DNA of 64,000 bases from an uncultured Planctomycetota bacterium (lineage in GTDB: Bacteria > Planctomycetota > Phycisphaerae > Tepidisphaerales > Tepidisphaeraceae), in assembly GCA_963841915.1 (NCBI GenBank), contig CAWJEN010000005.1:1216001-1280000 (forward strand), given 5' to 3'. The position numbers and the translations under genes are program-made. Positions 9,628 to 20,285 of this stretch are shown piece after piece. Below the pieces are notes generated by a model. The model did not search any database. It saw only the letters and a list, made by a program, of their open reading frames with translations, and was not told where the DNA came from. Positions within the stretch are counted from its first letter, which is position 1; each line of letters begins with the position of its first letter.

Positions 9628-10502
9628 GCCGCCCTCTGCGATAGCTTCATGGGATCGGCGTCTGTTGCTTCGTCCATTTCGGTGACGCGGATCGGCTTGA
9701 GGTCGAACTTGGGGTTCTGCCCCATGAATCGTGCCGGGTTGTTGTGGAAGATCTCTGTCAGGAGCTGTTCTTCCCAACCACGGCGGCGGCATTCGAGGAT
9801 GCAGGCCTGCAGCGTGAACGGGTCGCTCGGACCCCAATCGGCTGAAGAATTTACCAGCATCCGCTCGTGGCCGTACATCTCCATGACGTCTGCTGCCCGC
9901 TCGCCCGTCATCTTCGTCAGCGGATAAAGCGTCATGCCCGCCCAGAAGCCGGCGTCAAGCACGGCCTTGACCGTGTGCTCCTCGACGTGATCCACCCAAA
10001 CGCGAGACGGGTCGAGGCCAGCCTTCGTGAAGTTCTCAAGGACTTCAAGCACCTTGGTCGTGCCGTGCAGCTTGTCGCCCAGGTGCGGCGTGTGGATGAG
10101 AACGAGCTGGTCGTGATCGAGCGCCAGCTGGAAATGCCACTCGAGGCTCTGAATCTCGTTCGGCGTTGACTTGTGCAAGCCAGTCTCACCGATGCCGAGC
10201 ACCGTCGGCTTATCGAAGTACGCCGGCATCTCGTCGAGCACGGAGCGGGTGAGCGACGGGTTCTCGGCCTCTTTGGGATTCACTGCCAGCCAGCAGTAGT
10301 GCTTGATGCCGTAGTCGGCAGCGCGGGTCGGCTCGAACTCGCTGATCTGCTTGAAGTAGTCGAGAAATGTCTCGGGATGATCGCGATCGAAGCCAGCCCA
10401 GAAAGCGGGTTCGGCGACGGCAACGACGCCGCTCATGGCCATCCGCTCGTAATCCTGTGCGGTACGGGCGATCGCGTGGTAGTGGGGCTGGATGACGTAC
10501 AT
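9624..10502 (-). CDS. TatD family hydrolase (EboB-like)
   Basis: PHYH, EPAFW, AVNPKEA, IGETG, IHTPH, DHVEE and NSSADWG motifs. Confidence 0.85.
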   Translation of the reverse strand: MYVIQPHYHAIARTAQDYERMAMSGVVAVAEPAFWAGFDRDHPETFLDYFKQISEFEPTRAADYGIKHYCWLAVNPKEAENPSLTRSVLDEMPAYFDKPTVLGIGETGLHKSTPNEIQSLEWHFQLALDHDQLVLIHTPHLGDKLHGTTKVLEVLENFTKAGLDPSRVWVDHVEEHTVKAVLDAGFWAGMTLYPLTKMTGERAADVMEMYGHERMLVNSSADWGPSDPFTLQACILECRRRGWEEQLLTEIFHNNPARFMGQNPKFDLKPIRVTEMDEATDADPMKLSQRAA

Positions 10503-10510
10503 GCGTTAAT

Positions 10511-10759
10511 TCAGTCGGAGACGTCGGAGTAGATGCGTGCGATGCGTTCTACCCGGCCGGGGCCGTCGGTGGCCAGCACCTTTAAGCTCTCGTGGATGCG
10601 CAACAGCTTGGCGTCGCTGCCGTCGTCACCGTGAGCGGCCTTGCCGCGGTCGTGGCGGTCGAGAATGGCTGCAATTTCAAGCAATTTGCAACGCACCTCA
10701 AGCCCATACGCATCGGCTACGGCGGCGGGTTTCATCGTCGGGACCTGGGGCATCGGCAT
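10511..10759 (-). CDS. Small hypothetical protein
   Basis: Compact ORF between yidD and the TatD gene on the same strand, with helical LEVRCKLLEIAAILDR. Start uncertain. Confidence 0.6.
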   Translation of the reverse strand: MPMPQVPTMKPAAVADAYGLEVRCKLLEIAAILDRHDRGKAAHGDDGSDAKLLRIHESLKVLATDGPGRVERIARIYSDVSD

Positions 10760-10777
10760 CTGAATACGCAGCACGGG

Positions 10778-10990
10778 TTACGGCGGATCGTATCCCGATC
10801 CGCCCCAAGGCTGACATCGGGCGATTCGTCGCAGCCCGAGCAGCCCGCCTCGCCAAGGCCCGTGCTTTTCCACGGCAAGCAGCATGTACTCGCTGCAGGA
10901 CGGTGTGAAGCGGCACTGGCCACCGATGAACGGGCGAAGCACCGCGCGGTACACGCTGATGATCAGGCGGATGACGGCCGAGGCGAGCAC
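10778..10990 (-). CDS. yidD: Membrane protein insertion efficiency factor YidD
   Basis: CRFTPSCSEY...HG..RG..RRIARCQPWGGSGYDP signature. Confidence 0.9.
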   Translation of the reverse strand: MLASAVIRLIISVYRAVLRPFIGGQCRFTPSCSEYMLLAVEKHGPWRGGLLGLRRIARCQPWGGSGYDPP

Positions 10991-11074
10991 GGCCGCATGT
11001 TACAGAACAAGCCGCTCTTCCAGGTAAAACGGTCCTGCTTCACCGCAACCAACTATGCGATACCATGGCATCCG

Positions 11075-12602
11075 ATGGCCCGCTATGTCTTTCCGATCCT
11101 GTTCGTGGTCGTGCTCATTCTGCCGTTCGCCTTGCGACTGGCCGTCGGTGGGACAGCAGAGGCCGAGGGTCAGACGACGGCCAGGCTCACCATCGTCACG
11201 CCACACAACGGTGACATCAAGCAACAGTACGAGGCCGCATTCCGCGCCTGGCACACCGAGAAATACGGATATGCCGTTGATCTCGACTTCCGCAACATCG
11301 GCGGCACCAACGACATCGTCAAAGCGCTGACGACCTTCTACGCGCCGTACGTGATCACCGAGCAGGGCCCCGACGGCAAGGAGATTCGCCGCATGCCGCC
11401 ACCGGAGGCAATTGCCTCAGCCCCATACAATCTCGTGTGGGGCGGCGGCGACTTTGTGTTCAACATCGAGCTCGAAGGCGGAGCCAAAGCCTTGCAAGCC
11501 GTCGACCTGTCGCAAGACACCTTGAGGGCAGCGTTCCCGGAGCCGGAGCTGGCGGGTATTGCACTCTACGACCAGGATGACGACGGCATCCACTGGGTCG
11601 GCGTGTGCCTGAGCAGCTTCGGCATTGTCTACAGCCCCGACTACTACAACCGCCTTGGACTCAGTTCGCCCGAGGTCTGGGCTGATTTAGGGCGACCAGA
11701 GCTTGCGGGGCGAGTGGTGCTGGCCGACCCGGCCAAAAGTGGCAGTGCGGCAGTGGCGTACATGATGATCCTGCAGCGGGCGATGGCCGACGCCGAAGAG
11801 GCATTCTTCGAGGCGGGCAACACGAAAGAGACGAACGGGCTACGAGGCGGCAGTCGACCTCGGTTGGCGGCGGGGCATGGGCGACTTGCTGCTCATCGCT
11901 GCCAACGCGAGGTACTTCACGGACAGCGCGTCGGCGGTGCCTGCCGAGGTCAGCCATGCCAACGCCGCCGCCGGGACGGCGATCGACTTCTACGGCCGCG
12001 TTGAGGAAGAAACCGTCGGCCGCGATCGCATCCGCTATGTCTCACCCGTCGCCGCAACGGCTGTCACGCCCGATCCGGTCGCCATCTGCTACGGAACAAC
12101 GGGAGACGAACTGGTGCACGCGACCCGCTTCATCGAATTCCTTCTCACGCCCGAAGCGCAGCGGATGTGGCAGGTGCCGGGCAGTGGCGATCGGCCGCTT
12201 CGCCGAACGCCGATCCGGCAGGACATCTTCGCCGATCGCAGCGACTGGAGCGACGACGAGAACCCCTTCGCCACGAGCGGCGGCTTCAATCAGCGAAGCG
12301 AGTGGATGTCGACGTTCAGCGAGACGCGGCTCGTCTGGAAGGCGGCCTGGATCGAGGCGGGTGAGGCACTAGATTCTGCCTACGCAGCCGTTTTAGCGGT
12401 CAAGGACGACGATCGTCGTGCCGTGCTCATCGAGCAGTTTCGCGACCTACCGATCACAAGGACCGGCGTGACCAATCTGCGGGCACAGCGTAAAGGCACG
12501 GCCGAGGAAGCTCAGGCGAGCTTCATGGCTAAGCAGTCGGCAGCCTTTGCGGCTGAGTTCAGAGAGCACTTCGCCGCAGTTGAACGGGCGGCAAAGCAGT
12601 AA
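11075..12602 (+). CDS. ABC transporter substrate-binding protein (Fe3+/thiamine-type), frameshifted near 11835
   Basis: N-terminal TM/signal; LTIVTPH, WGGG, LADPAKSGSA in one frame, continuing as YEAAVDLGW..AIDFYG..TPDPVAI in the next frame. Confidence 0.75.
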
Positions 12603-13001
12603 TTAGGTGCCCGCCGGATCTGACGCGACATCGATGAAGACCGGCGGCGGCTCGACGGCGTCGGCCGGTCGACTACCCGCGTCCTTGCGGCCGCTGCCTT
12701 GGAGCCGTGATTCAGCCTTGAGCGTCAGGTCGCCGACCATCGTCATCTGACAGCTCAGCCGCAGGCCCGGCGTGCCGTCCAATTCACGGGCCTTAAGCGT
12801 TTCCTGCTCTTTGCCGGTGATCGGGCTAGCTAATCCGTCGATGACGGTAACGCGGCACGTGGTGCATTTGCCGACTCCGCCGCAGGCGTGGAGCTGATCG
12901 AGGCCTGCCTCGTCTTCGAGGGCCAACACGACCCGTTTGTCAGCCGGAACGTCGTAGGTCGAGGCACCGTCCACGGTGAGCTTGTAACTGTCCTGCTTCA
13001 T
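12603..13001 (-). CDS. 2Fe-2S ferredoxin-like protein
   Basis: CGGVGKCTTC...RLSCQ cysteine pattern. Confidence 0.85.
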   Translation of the reverse strand: MKQDSYKLTVDGASTYDVPADKRVVLALEDEAGLDQLHACGGVGKCTTCRVTVIDGLASPITGKEQETLKARELDGTPGLRLSCQMTMVGDLTLKAESRLQGSGRKDAGSRPADAVEPPPVFIDVASDPAGT

Positions 13002-13181
13002 GCGACAGCGTAGCCGACGCTTGCAGTGCAGCAGATGCCGATGAGAACACCCAATGGGCGGGTGCGACAACCTGTTGCGCCGCCTGCGACTAAATCTCAA
13101 CAAGCACTTGATGCTTCAGCGGCAGCCGTTATGGTGCCGCTCGTGACGCTGTCTCATTAAGCAAATCACCCCTTTCCTGCC

Positions 13182-14078
13182 ATGTTTGCCACCCTTAGCA
13201 CCCGCCGCGGTTTCACGCTTGTCGAACTGCTCGTCGTCATCGGCATCATCGCATTGCTGATCTCCATCCTGCTTCCGAGCCTGAATCGCGCTCGTCAGTC
13301 GGCCGCCAGCACCGTCAATCTGTCGAACCTCCGTCAGCTCGGCACGGGGCTCGAGTTCTACCGCAACGACAACAACGGTATCTTCCCGACGCACTCGTCG
13401 CTGAAGAGCCTGACCACGGATGCCACACCACCGACGCCGCGCGTCCGCTGGGCCGACCGCATTTATCCGTATCTCGAGAGCACCGACGTTTTCGTGAGCC
13501 CGCTCCTGGGAGAGCAGGGTCGATTGACGGCAATGAAGCCGTGGGCCCACACGATTAAGACCGTCGGCAACATGCTCGACGAGACCGACGTCGCCTACTA
13601 CGGCGGGTACGGCTACAACTACCAGTACCTCGGCAACGCACGCGTCAAGGTCGGCAACAACGGCCCATTCTACGCCGCCACCGGACGCGTCCGCGCCGCC
13701 GCCGAGACCGTCGCCATCGCTGACACCAAGGGCAGTCGCGACGGTGACGACACCTTCGACTACGACGAAGGCACCTACGTCATCGACCCGCCGTTGCAAA
13801 GCTTCAGTCTCGGCAGCCTGGGCAGCCGCGAAGGCTCGGCCGACCCTGCGGGTCCGGACAACTATGGCTACACAGGCGGTGACGGCTCGGCGGGAACCCT
13901 CGTCCCCGAACACCGCGCCACGCCCGACGAACGAAACGGCAACGGGGACAAGGTCGCCGCCGTCTTCGTCGACGGGCACGGGCTGCTCTTGCCACTCAGC
14001 AAACTCGACGATTTTGACGAGGACGGCAACGTCGACAACGGCTACTGGAACGGTCGCGGTGATCCGCTGCTGCGATAG
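13182..14078 (+). CDS. Prepilin-type N-terminal cleavage/methylation protein (planctomycete DUF1559/H-X9-DG-like class)
   Basis: RRG/FTLVELLVVIGIIALLISILLPSL..AR; YGYN; C-terminal AVFVDGH. Confidence 0.85.
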   Translation: MFATLSTRRGFTLVELLVVIGIIALLISILLPSLNRARQSAASTVNLSNLRQLGTGLEFYRNDNNGIFPTHSSLKSLTTDATPPTPRVRWADRIYPYLESTDVFVSPLLGEQGRLTAMKPWAHTIKTVGNMLDETDVAYYGGYGYNYQYLGNARVKVGNNGPFYAATGRVRAAAETVAIADTKGSRDGDDTFDYDEGTYVIDPPLQSFSLGSLGSREGSADPAGPDNYGYTGGDGSAGTLVPEHRATPDERNGNGDKVAAVFVDGHGLLLPLSKLDDFDEDGNVDNGYWNGRGDPLLR

Positions 14079-14082
14079 CGGA

Positions 14083-14697
14083 TTAGACTGCCGACTGAGC
14101 CGACGGCAGCTCGATGCTTAGCAGCGGTGCCAACTCGCTCAGCTGCTGGATCGTCGCATCCGGCTCTGCGTCGAACTCTCTGGCGTCGCCGTGACTAAGC
14201 CAGACGCTTGGCATGTCGGCAGCGCGGGCGGCGAGGATGTCGTACTCGCCGTCGCCGATCATCCAGCACGAGCCGGCCGGCAGTTCAAGCAGTCGTGCTG
14301 CCAGCCGCAACGGTTCGGGGTCTGGCTTGAACGCAGCGTCGTCACGCGTCACCGTCGGGCATGGCGGCAGTTCGTGCTTCTGCCAGACGATCTCCAACGC
14401 AGCTCGGCTGTTCCGCGTGACGATCGCGAAAGGCAATCGGGCGTCTCGCAGGGCGTCGAGCAGCGGCAGGCACCCGTCGTTCAACGTCGAACGCTCGGCG
14501 GCGCCGTGTTCGTGCCGGTCGAGTGTCGCCTCTGCGGCCCGTCGGTCGACAGGTGTCATCCGCTCCATCGCCTCGAGAATTGCATCGTCGGGTCGAAGGC
14601 CCAGATCCCGTTTTATGGCGGCAAAGTCGAGCAGCGGTCGGGTCAGCGTGCCGTCCATGTCGAACAGCAGGCCACGCGGTGTCGGCAGGCGGTACAT
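14083..14697 (-). CDS. HAD family hydrolase
   Basis: FDMDGTL, VTRN, KPDP and MIGD motifs. Confidence 0.88.
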   Translation of the reverse strand: MYRLPTPRGLLFDMDGTLTRPLLDFAAIKRDLGLRPDDAILEAMERMTPVDRRAAEATLDRHEHGAAERSTLNDGCLPLLDALRDARLPFAIVTRNSRAALEIVWQKHELPPCPTVTRDDAAFKPDPEPLRLAARLLELPAGSCWMIGDGEYDILAARAADMPSVWLSHGDAREFDAEPDATIQQLSELAPLLSIELPSAQSAV

Positions 14698-14743
14698 CGG
14701 GCGAGGCTACGGCTCATGACGTCGCCGGATAGGCTCGCCTCTC

Positions 14744-16286
14744 ATGCGCATCGTCTACCTCGACCTCGACGCCCTGAATCCGAACCACCTCGGCTGCTAC
14801 GGCTACCACCGCAACACGTCGCCGACCATCGATGCCATTGCCGGTGAGGGAACGCGGTTCGACAAGGTCTATTGCTCCGACGCGCCGTGTCTGCCGAGTC
14901 GGACGGCCCTCTACACCGGACGCTTCGGCATCCACACCGGCGTCGTCGGGCACGGCGGAACGGCGGCAGACCCCAAGCGACACGGGCAGACCCGCGGCTT
15001 CCGCTCGACCTACGAAGAAGACAGCTTCCCACGGCAACTCCAGAAGCTCGGTCTGCACACGGCCATGATCTCGCCGTTCGGTCAACGCCACGCCGCCCAC
15101 CAGTACTACGCCGGCTTCGACGAAATCCACAACACGGGCGAGGGTGGCAGTGAGCCGGTCGAGATCGTCCAGCCCGTCGTCCGCAAGTGGCTCGACGACA
15201 ACGCCGCCGATGACAACTGGTACCTGCACGTCAACTACTGGGACATCCATACGAATTACCGCGTGCCGATGGACTACGGCAACCCTTTCGAAGACGAGCC
15301 GATTGCCGAGTGGTTTACGGACGAGATGATCGAGCGTCACGTCAAGCGGGGCGGGCCGCACAGTGCCCAGGACCTCGGCATGTTTGTCGACAGCGACTCG
15401 TCGCAGTTTCCGCGGACGCCCACGCGCATCACAGATCGGGCGTCGCTGAAGCAGTGGATCGACGGCTACGATACGGCCATCCGCTACGTCGACGATGCTG
15501 TGGCCGAGATCGTCAAGATGCTCAAGGACGCAGGCGTCTACGAAGAGACGGCCATCGTCATCTCGTCGGACCACGGTGAAAATCAGGGTGATCTCGGCAT
15601 CTACGGCGAGCACGGCACCGCCGACCACGGTACGTGTCACATCCCGATGATCGTCAGGTGGCCCGGCGCCCCCGGTGGCAAGGTCAACAATGCGCTGCAT
15701 TACCACCTCGACTGGCCACCGACGTGCCTGCACCTCATGAATGCCTCCGAGCGGTGCCCGGGCGTGTGGGACGGCCAGAGCTTCGACGCGGCGGTGTCGA
15801 CAGATGAAGCGGCCGGTCGGGACGAGCTCGTGCTGAGTCAGTGCGCAGCACGTAGCGCAGCGGTCTGTCCGCTTCGACGAAGGCGACCGCCAATGGCTCT
15901 ACATGCGGAGCTACCACGACGGCCTGCATCCGTTCGAGCGGCACATGCTCTTCGACCTCGCCAGCGATCCGCACGAGCAGAATAACATTGCCGCCGATCA
16001 TCCGGCTGTGCTTCGTGACGCGGCGTGGCGGCTGATGAACTGGCACGATGCGGCCATGGCCACCGTGGTGCGCGACCATCCGCAGGACGTCGTCGACCCG
16101 CTCTACACGGTGCTGGCCGAGGGTGGGCCGCTACACGCAACCGTCAACACGGGCACGAACAAGCCGCTGGACATCGAGCCGTATCTGCAGCGACTCGAAT
16201 CTACCGGTCGCTCCGAGGCGGCGGCGTTTATCAGGCAGCGTTACCCCGAGGGCGTAACGCCGATGACAGAGTTTGACGCGTCTTGA
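14744..16286 (+). CDS. Formylglycine-dependent sulfatase, frameshifted near 15848
   Basis: CLPSR motif, SSDHGE, EHG. C-terminus (HVAQRSVRF..LFDLASDPHEQNN) continues in a shifted frame. Confidence 0.85.
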
Positions 16287-16287
16287 G

Positions 16288-17522
16288 TCACCTCTCAACT
16301 GTATCGGCAGCGATGTTGATGGCGTCGATCGACCGTCTGCCCAGCTCGTACGTGCCGCTGTAGATCGAGCCGTCCGCAGCGGTGTAGACGATCGTGCGAA
16401 GTTGCTCAGGTGCCTTTTGACCAAACCTCCGAACCCGAGGAGCAGGGGCGTCAGTCAGCGTGATCGACCATGTGCCGCCGTCATTTACGGCAAAGGTTTC
16501 TGCCTCTGTCAGCGCCTCGTCGAGGAGCCCGTCCGGCAGCCACGCCCACGTCGGCATCGGCGGCTCGTCCGCTTTGCCTGCCTCACGTAAGTCCGCAAAG
16601 GTGTCGAAAGCGACCTCGGCCGCCTCGGCCCGGGCGGCGAAGCTCGTCAGCTTCCGCAGCGTGGCCGCGAGGTAGTCAAGCCGCGAACGGTCATCGGGCT
16701 GGTTGGTCCACCACGTTGCCCACGCCTCCTGAAAGCCATCTGGCTGGCCGAAGCAGGCGACGAAGGCATCCGTCCAATTTTGCCCGCGCCCAGCCGCGCC
16801 ATGAACTGCTCGGTCGGCTGCGTGTATCGGCCGTCCTCGCCGTAGAGCAGGAAGTAGGCCATCGACCACGCCTGCAGGTACAGATCGCCGTCGAGCTTTG
16901 CGTTCCACTCGTCGGTGCTGATGAACATCATCTCGTCGAACGGCACAATGTCGTCGGCGGCGATCATGGTCTTGATCTGGCGGACGCGTGCTTCGGGCGA
17001 GACGCCGGTGACGAAAGAGTCGCCGCAAAACTCTGCGTAGCCGAAGACTTCTGCGAATCCTTCTTCGATCCAGGGCGGCTTGCGTCCACCGATGGCAAGG
17101 GCGCTGAACTGGTGGAATCCTTCGTGCTGGATTGTCTGCCACGTCGACTTCCGGGCGTGGAAGGTGTCGCCGTGCATGAAGGCCATGAGTCGCCCGCCGA
17201 CAAAGCGGTCACCTTGCCATCGGCTTTGAAACACGCCACCGCTGCCTTTCGGCCCGCCCATGTCGTGGTAGCCACCTGCGTCGGAGAACAGGTAAAAGTC
17301 CATACCGCGGGGCGTCTTGCCGCTGAAGCCTCGCGTGCGGTCGGAGTACTCTGAGGCGAGTGCCGTCATGCGTGTCGCGGCCTCGCGTGCGAGGTCCTCG
17401 GGCAGATCACTGTGAAGAACGTAGAAGGGCGTGTCGTACCGGCGCAGGTTGTTCTGGGCCGACGTCACGCCGCCGGTGAAGAGCGTGAGCACGAAGACCA
17501 ACAGGATGCGGCGGGCATGCAT
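16288..17522 (-). CDS. Secreted DUF1570-like zincin-motif protein, frameshifted near 16785
   Basis: Signal peptide; HEGFHQ (HExxH), PPWIEEGFAE, YLQAWSMAYFL. Tail continues in the adjacent frame (QNWTDAF...). Confidence 0.7.
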
Positions 17523-17559
17523 GGGGCCATTGTCGGTGCTGAGGTTGCCGTCGCAAGCG

Positions 17560-19020
17560 TCAGTCGGTTCTGCGATACAGGACGTTGCCGTCGTGCTCAT
17601 AGTCGATGACGAAGCAATTGCCCAGCCAAGTGTCGAAGATCGGGCCGATCCGATCGGGCTTCATGCGACCCAGCATCACCTGCCGAACCCCGGCGGCTTC
17701 TGCGTGATCGACCAGCTCCTGATCAAAGTTGGCTTCGACGTCGATCCGCTTCTTCGAGATCACAGCGAGCCACGGCGGCACCTGGCGGTTGGCGACGAAC
17801 GGGTAGATCGCTAGATCGCTGATCACCGGCTCGCCACCGGCGGCCATGAGACGCACCAACTGCGGGTCAATCTCCTCGCTTTCGTGGAGCAGGCCGGACA
17901 GCAACAGGGCTGCCGCCGACCCGATGCAAATCGCTGCGATACCGGCCCGTCGCATATCGCGTGTCGCTTTGCCCAGGAGTTCGGCGGGCTGCTTGTCGAT
18001 GATACGTTGCCTCAGCAGGTCCCAGAGTCCGACGACGCCGTATCCGCTGAGCCAGGAGAGGACGATGGTGATGAGCACACCGCTGTGGTAGCGGAAAGGG
18101 CGGTGCCAATAGAGGGCAAGCTCCATGAAGCCGAGCAAGATCAGTGCCGGCCAGATGCCTTTCCACTGACGCCGGCGACCGATCACGACACCGGCGACGG
18201 CGAAGACGATCCAGGCGACGCGTCGCGTGTGAAACTTCTGGAAGTAGCGATCCGGACCCCAACCCATGGCATCATTCGAGGCTTGCGTCGCCACGCCAAC
18301 GGCCTGCGACCAGTGGGCAAAGACGCCGGTATGCCAGGCAATCGCGACGGCGATAAGCATCGAGACGCTCAAGACGAGGGATCCCCGAACGATCGCTCGC
18401 GGCGTCGGGTGGCCGAGCACGGCGACGACGCTGATGGCCGCAACCGCAGGCACCACGAGTAGTTTCAGCATGCACGCGATGCCGAGCAACAGTCCGGCGA
18501 GCAGGCTCAGCGAAAGATCCTGCCACAGTCGCGTACAGCGTTTGGCTGTCACGACCAGATCGAGCGAGATGACCACCATGAACTGCGCTGGCAGGCCGAT
18601 CATGACGACCTGCGCGTGATCGATCCAGTGGTTGGAGATGGCAAGGAACGTGAGGGCTACGACAGCCGCCGCGATTTTTCGGCCGTCGTCGACCCCGCTC
18701 ATGCCGTGACGGATGAGCCGCCACAGCGACGCCGTCGCCGCCGCTGCAAGGAGCATGGTCGTCAGTCTGCCGTTGACAAGGCTGAAGCCGACGAGCTCCA
18801 GCCACGCCGTGAGCGAAATTGTGTGCAACGGAACCTGATCACACCAGACATCGACGTACAACGCCCGTCCCTCAGCGAGCGGCACCGCTTTGGCGAACTG
18901 AAACCCTTCATCCGGGTCGAAGAAGGTGGGCAGCCACGGCGGGCTGACCGCGACGACAAATCCCAGCATCACGAACGCGGCGGCGACGCCGTTGCGGATC
19001 GACCAGCCGACGAGCTTCAC
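17560..19020 (-). CDS. Multi-pass membrane protein, ArnT/GT39-like glycosyltransferase
   Basis: FDPDEG..LYVDVWCDQVPL after the first TM helix, followed by many hydrophobic segments. Confidence 0.65.
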   Translation of the reverse strand: MKLVGWSIRNGVAAAFVMLGFVVAVSPPWLPTFFDPDEGFQFAKAVPLAEGRALYVDVWCDQVPLHTISLTAWLELVGFSLVNGRLTTMLLAAAATASLWRLIRHGMSGVDDGRKIAAAVVALTFLAISNHWIDHAQVVMIGLPAQFMVVISLDLVVTAKRCTRLWQDLSLSLLAGLLLGIACMLKLLVVPAVAAISVVAVLGHPTPRAIVRGSLVLSVSMLIAVAIAWHTGVFAHWSQAVGVATQASNDAMGWGPDRYFQKFHTRRVAWIVFAVAGVVIGRRRQWKGIWPALILLGFMELALYWHRPFRYHSGVLITIVLSWLSGYGVVGLWDLLRQRIIDKQPAELLGKATRDMRRAGIAAICIGSAAALLLSGLLHESEEIDPQLVRLMAAGGEPVISDLAIYPFVANRQVPPWLAVISKKRIDVEANFDQELVDHAEAAGVRQVMLGRMKPDRIGPIFDTWLGNCFVIDYEHDGNVLYRRTD

Positions 19021-19964
19021 TTGAGCCTCCGCAACCAGCCGTCAAGGTCTCGCGGCAGAGGCGAATCGAATCGCATCGGGCGGCCGTTGTCGGGATGTTC
19101 GAACGCCAACACGTACGCGTGCAACGCCTGCCGTGGCGGCGGGTCGGGCTCGCCCCGCAGGCCGTACGTCTTGTCGCCGCACACCGGGTGACCCTTTTCG
19201 GCGAGGTGGATGCGGATCTGGTGCGTGCGGCCAGTTTCGAGTTGGCACTCGACGATCGCCCGATTGCCCGCAGCCATGCCGACGGGCTTGACCTGCGTGA
19301 CGGCCCGCTTGGCCGACTTGTCGGCGGTGTCGTGCGGCACTGACCCACGTTTGCCGTCCCCGCGGTCGCGAGCGATAAGGGTGCTGATGGTTTGCGTGTT
19401 CGGCTGGCCATTGTGGACGACGGCCTGGTAGATGCGTTCGAGGTCGTGGGCTTGGAACATCGAGACAAGACTGCGTTCGACGTCGGGCGTTCTGGCAAAG
19501 AGCATCAGCCCGCTGGTGTCGCGGTCGAGGCGGTGGACGGGGAAGATTGTCTTGTCCCGGTCGTGGGGCCGTCGCAGTCGCTTGTCGAGTAGCTCGTCGA
19601 GCGTCGGCTGCCGTTCGCGTCGCTTGGCCGATAACGCGTTCTCGCGTGGCTCGCGTGCGCTGATGAGGCCGGCCGGTTTGTCGACGACGACGATGTGCCG
19701 GTCGCGGAACAGGATGTCGATTTGCTCAGGTTCGGGCGGTTTGGGGGCGGCCTCTTCGAGCAGGTGAACGACGTCGCCGTTCTTGAGCCTGCGGGCGGGA
19801 TCGAGGCAGATGTTGCCGTGAACAGCGACCCTGCGGCCCATGATCCGCAATTCGGCGTCGCCCCAGGAGAGCTTGCGCTGCTTACGGATGAAAGCGGCGA
19901 GGGTGACACCGGCGTCGGAGGCATCGACGTGGAGCGGTTTGCTTGTGCGGTCGGGGCGGGACAC
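19017..19964 (-). CDS. RluA family pseudouridine synthase
   Basis: VVDKPAGL, VHRLDRDTSG, LETGRTHQIR, QALHA. Confidence 0.93.
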   Translation of the reverse strand: MSRPDRTSKPLHVDASDAGVTLAAFIRKQRKLSWGDAELRIMGRRVAVHGNICLDPARRLKNGDVVHLLEEAAPKPPEPEQIDILFRDRHIVVVDKPAGLISAREPRENALSAKRRERQPTLDELLDKRLRRPHDRDKTIFPVHRLDRDTSGLMLFARTPDVERSLVSMFQAHDLERIYQAVVHNGQPNTQTISTLIARDRGDGKRGSVPHDTADKSAKRAVTQVKPVGMAAGNRAIVECQLETGRTHQIRIHLAEKGHPVCGDKTYGLRGEPDPPPRQALHAYVLAFEHPDNGRPMRFDSPLPRDLDGWLRRLK

Positions 19965-20066
19965 GTCGCAGCGTAAGGGGCGGCGGGTCGCCGAAGAAAA
20001 TGTGAGACGGCCTTTGCGTCAAGAGCAGCTGAATCCGACATCTAGCCCGACGTCGATGGATCGATG

Positions 20067-20094
20067 TCAAGTGGAGACGCGGCCAGGCCGATGC
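20067..20094 (+). promoter_or_regulatory. Possible sigma-28-like promoter upstream of pilin gene
   Basis: TCAA-N16-GCCGATGC compared with consensus TAAA-N15/16-GCCGATAA. Confidence 0.35.
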
Positions 20095-20285
20095 CTGTGC
20101 AGGTCGAACACCGTTTACCCCTCGCATCGTTGCGACGGGCGGTGATCGGCCTCCCGGTGAGGCGCGTCCCCCAGGTTCTTGTGCGAGCTCCGCACCGCAA
20201 GAACCGGCGGCGACGGCAAGGAAGCCCACCGCCCGCCACGCCCCGCACCGTATCGGACCACCGCGTCCACAAAGGAACACCCGCT

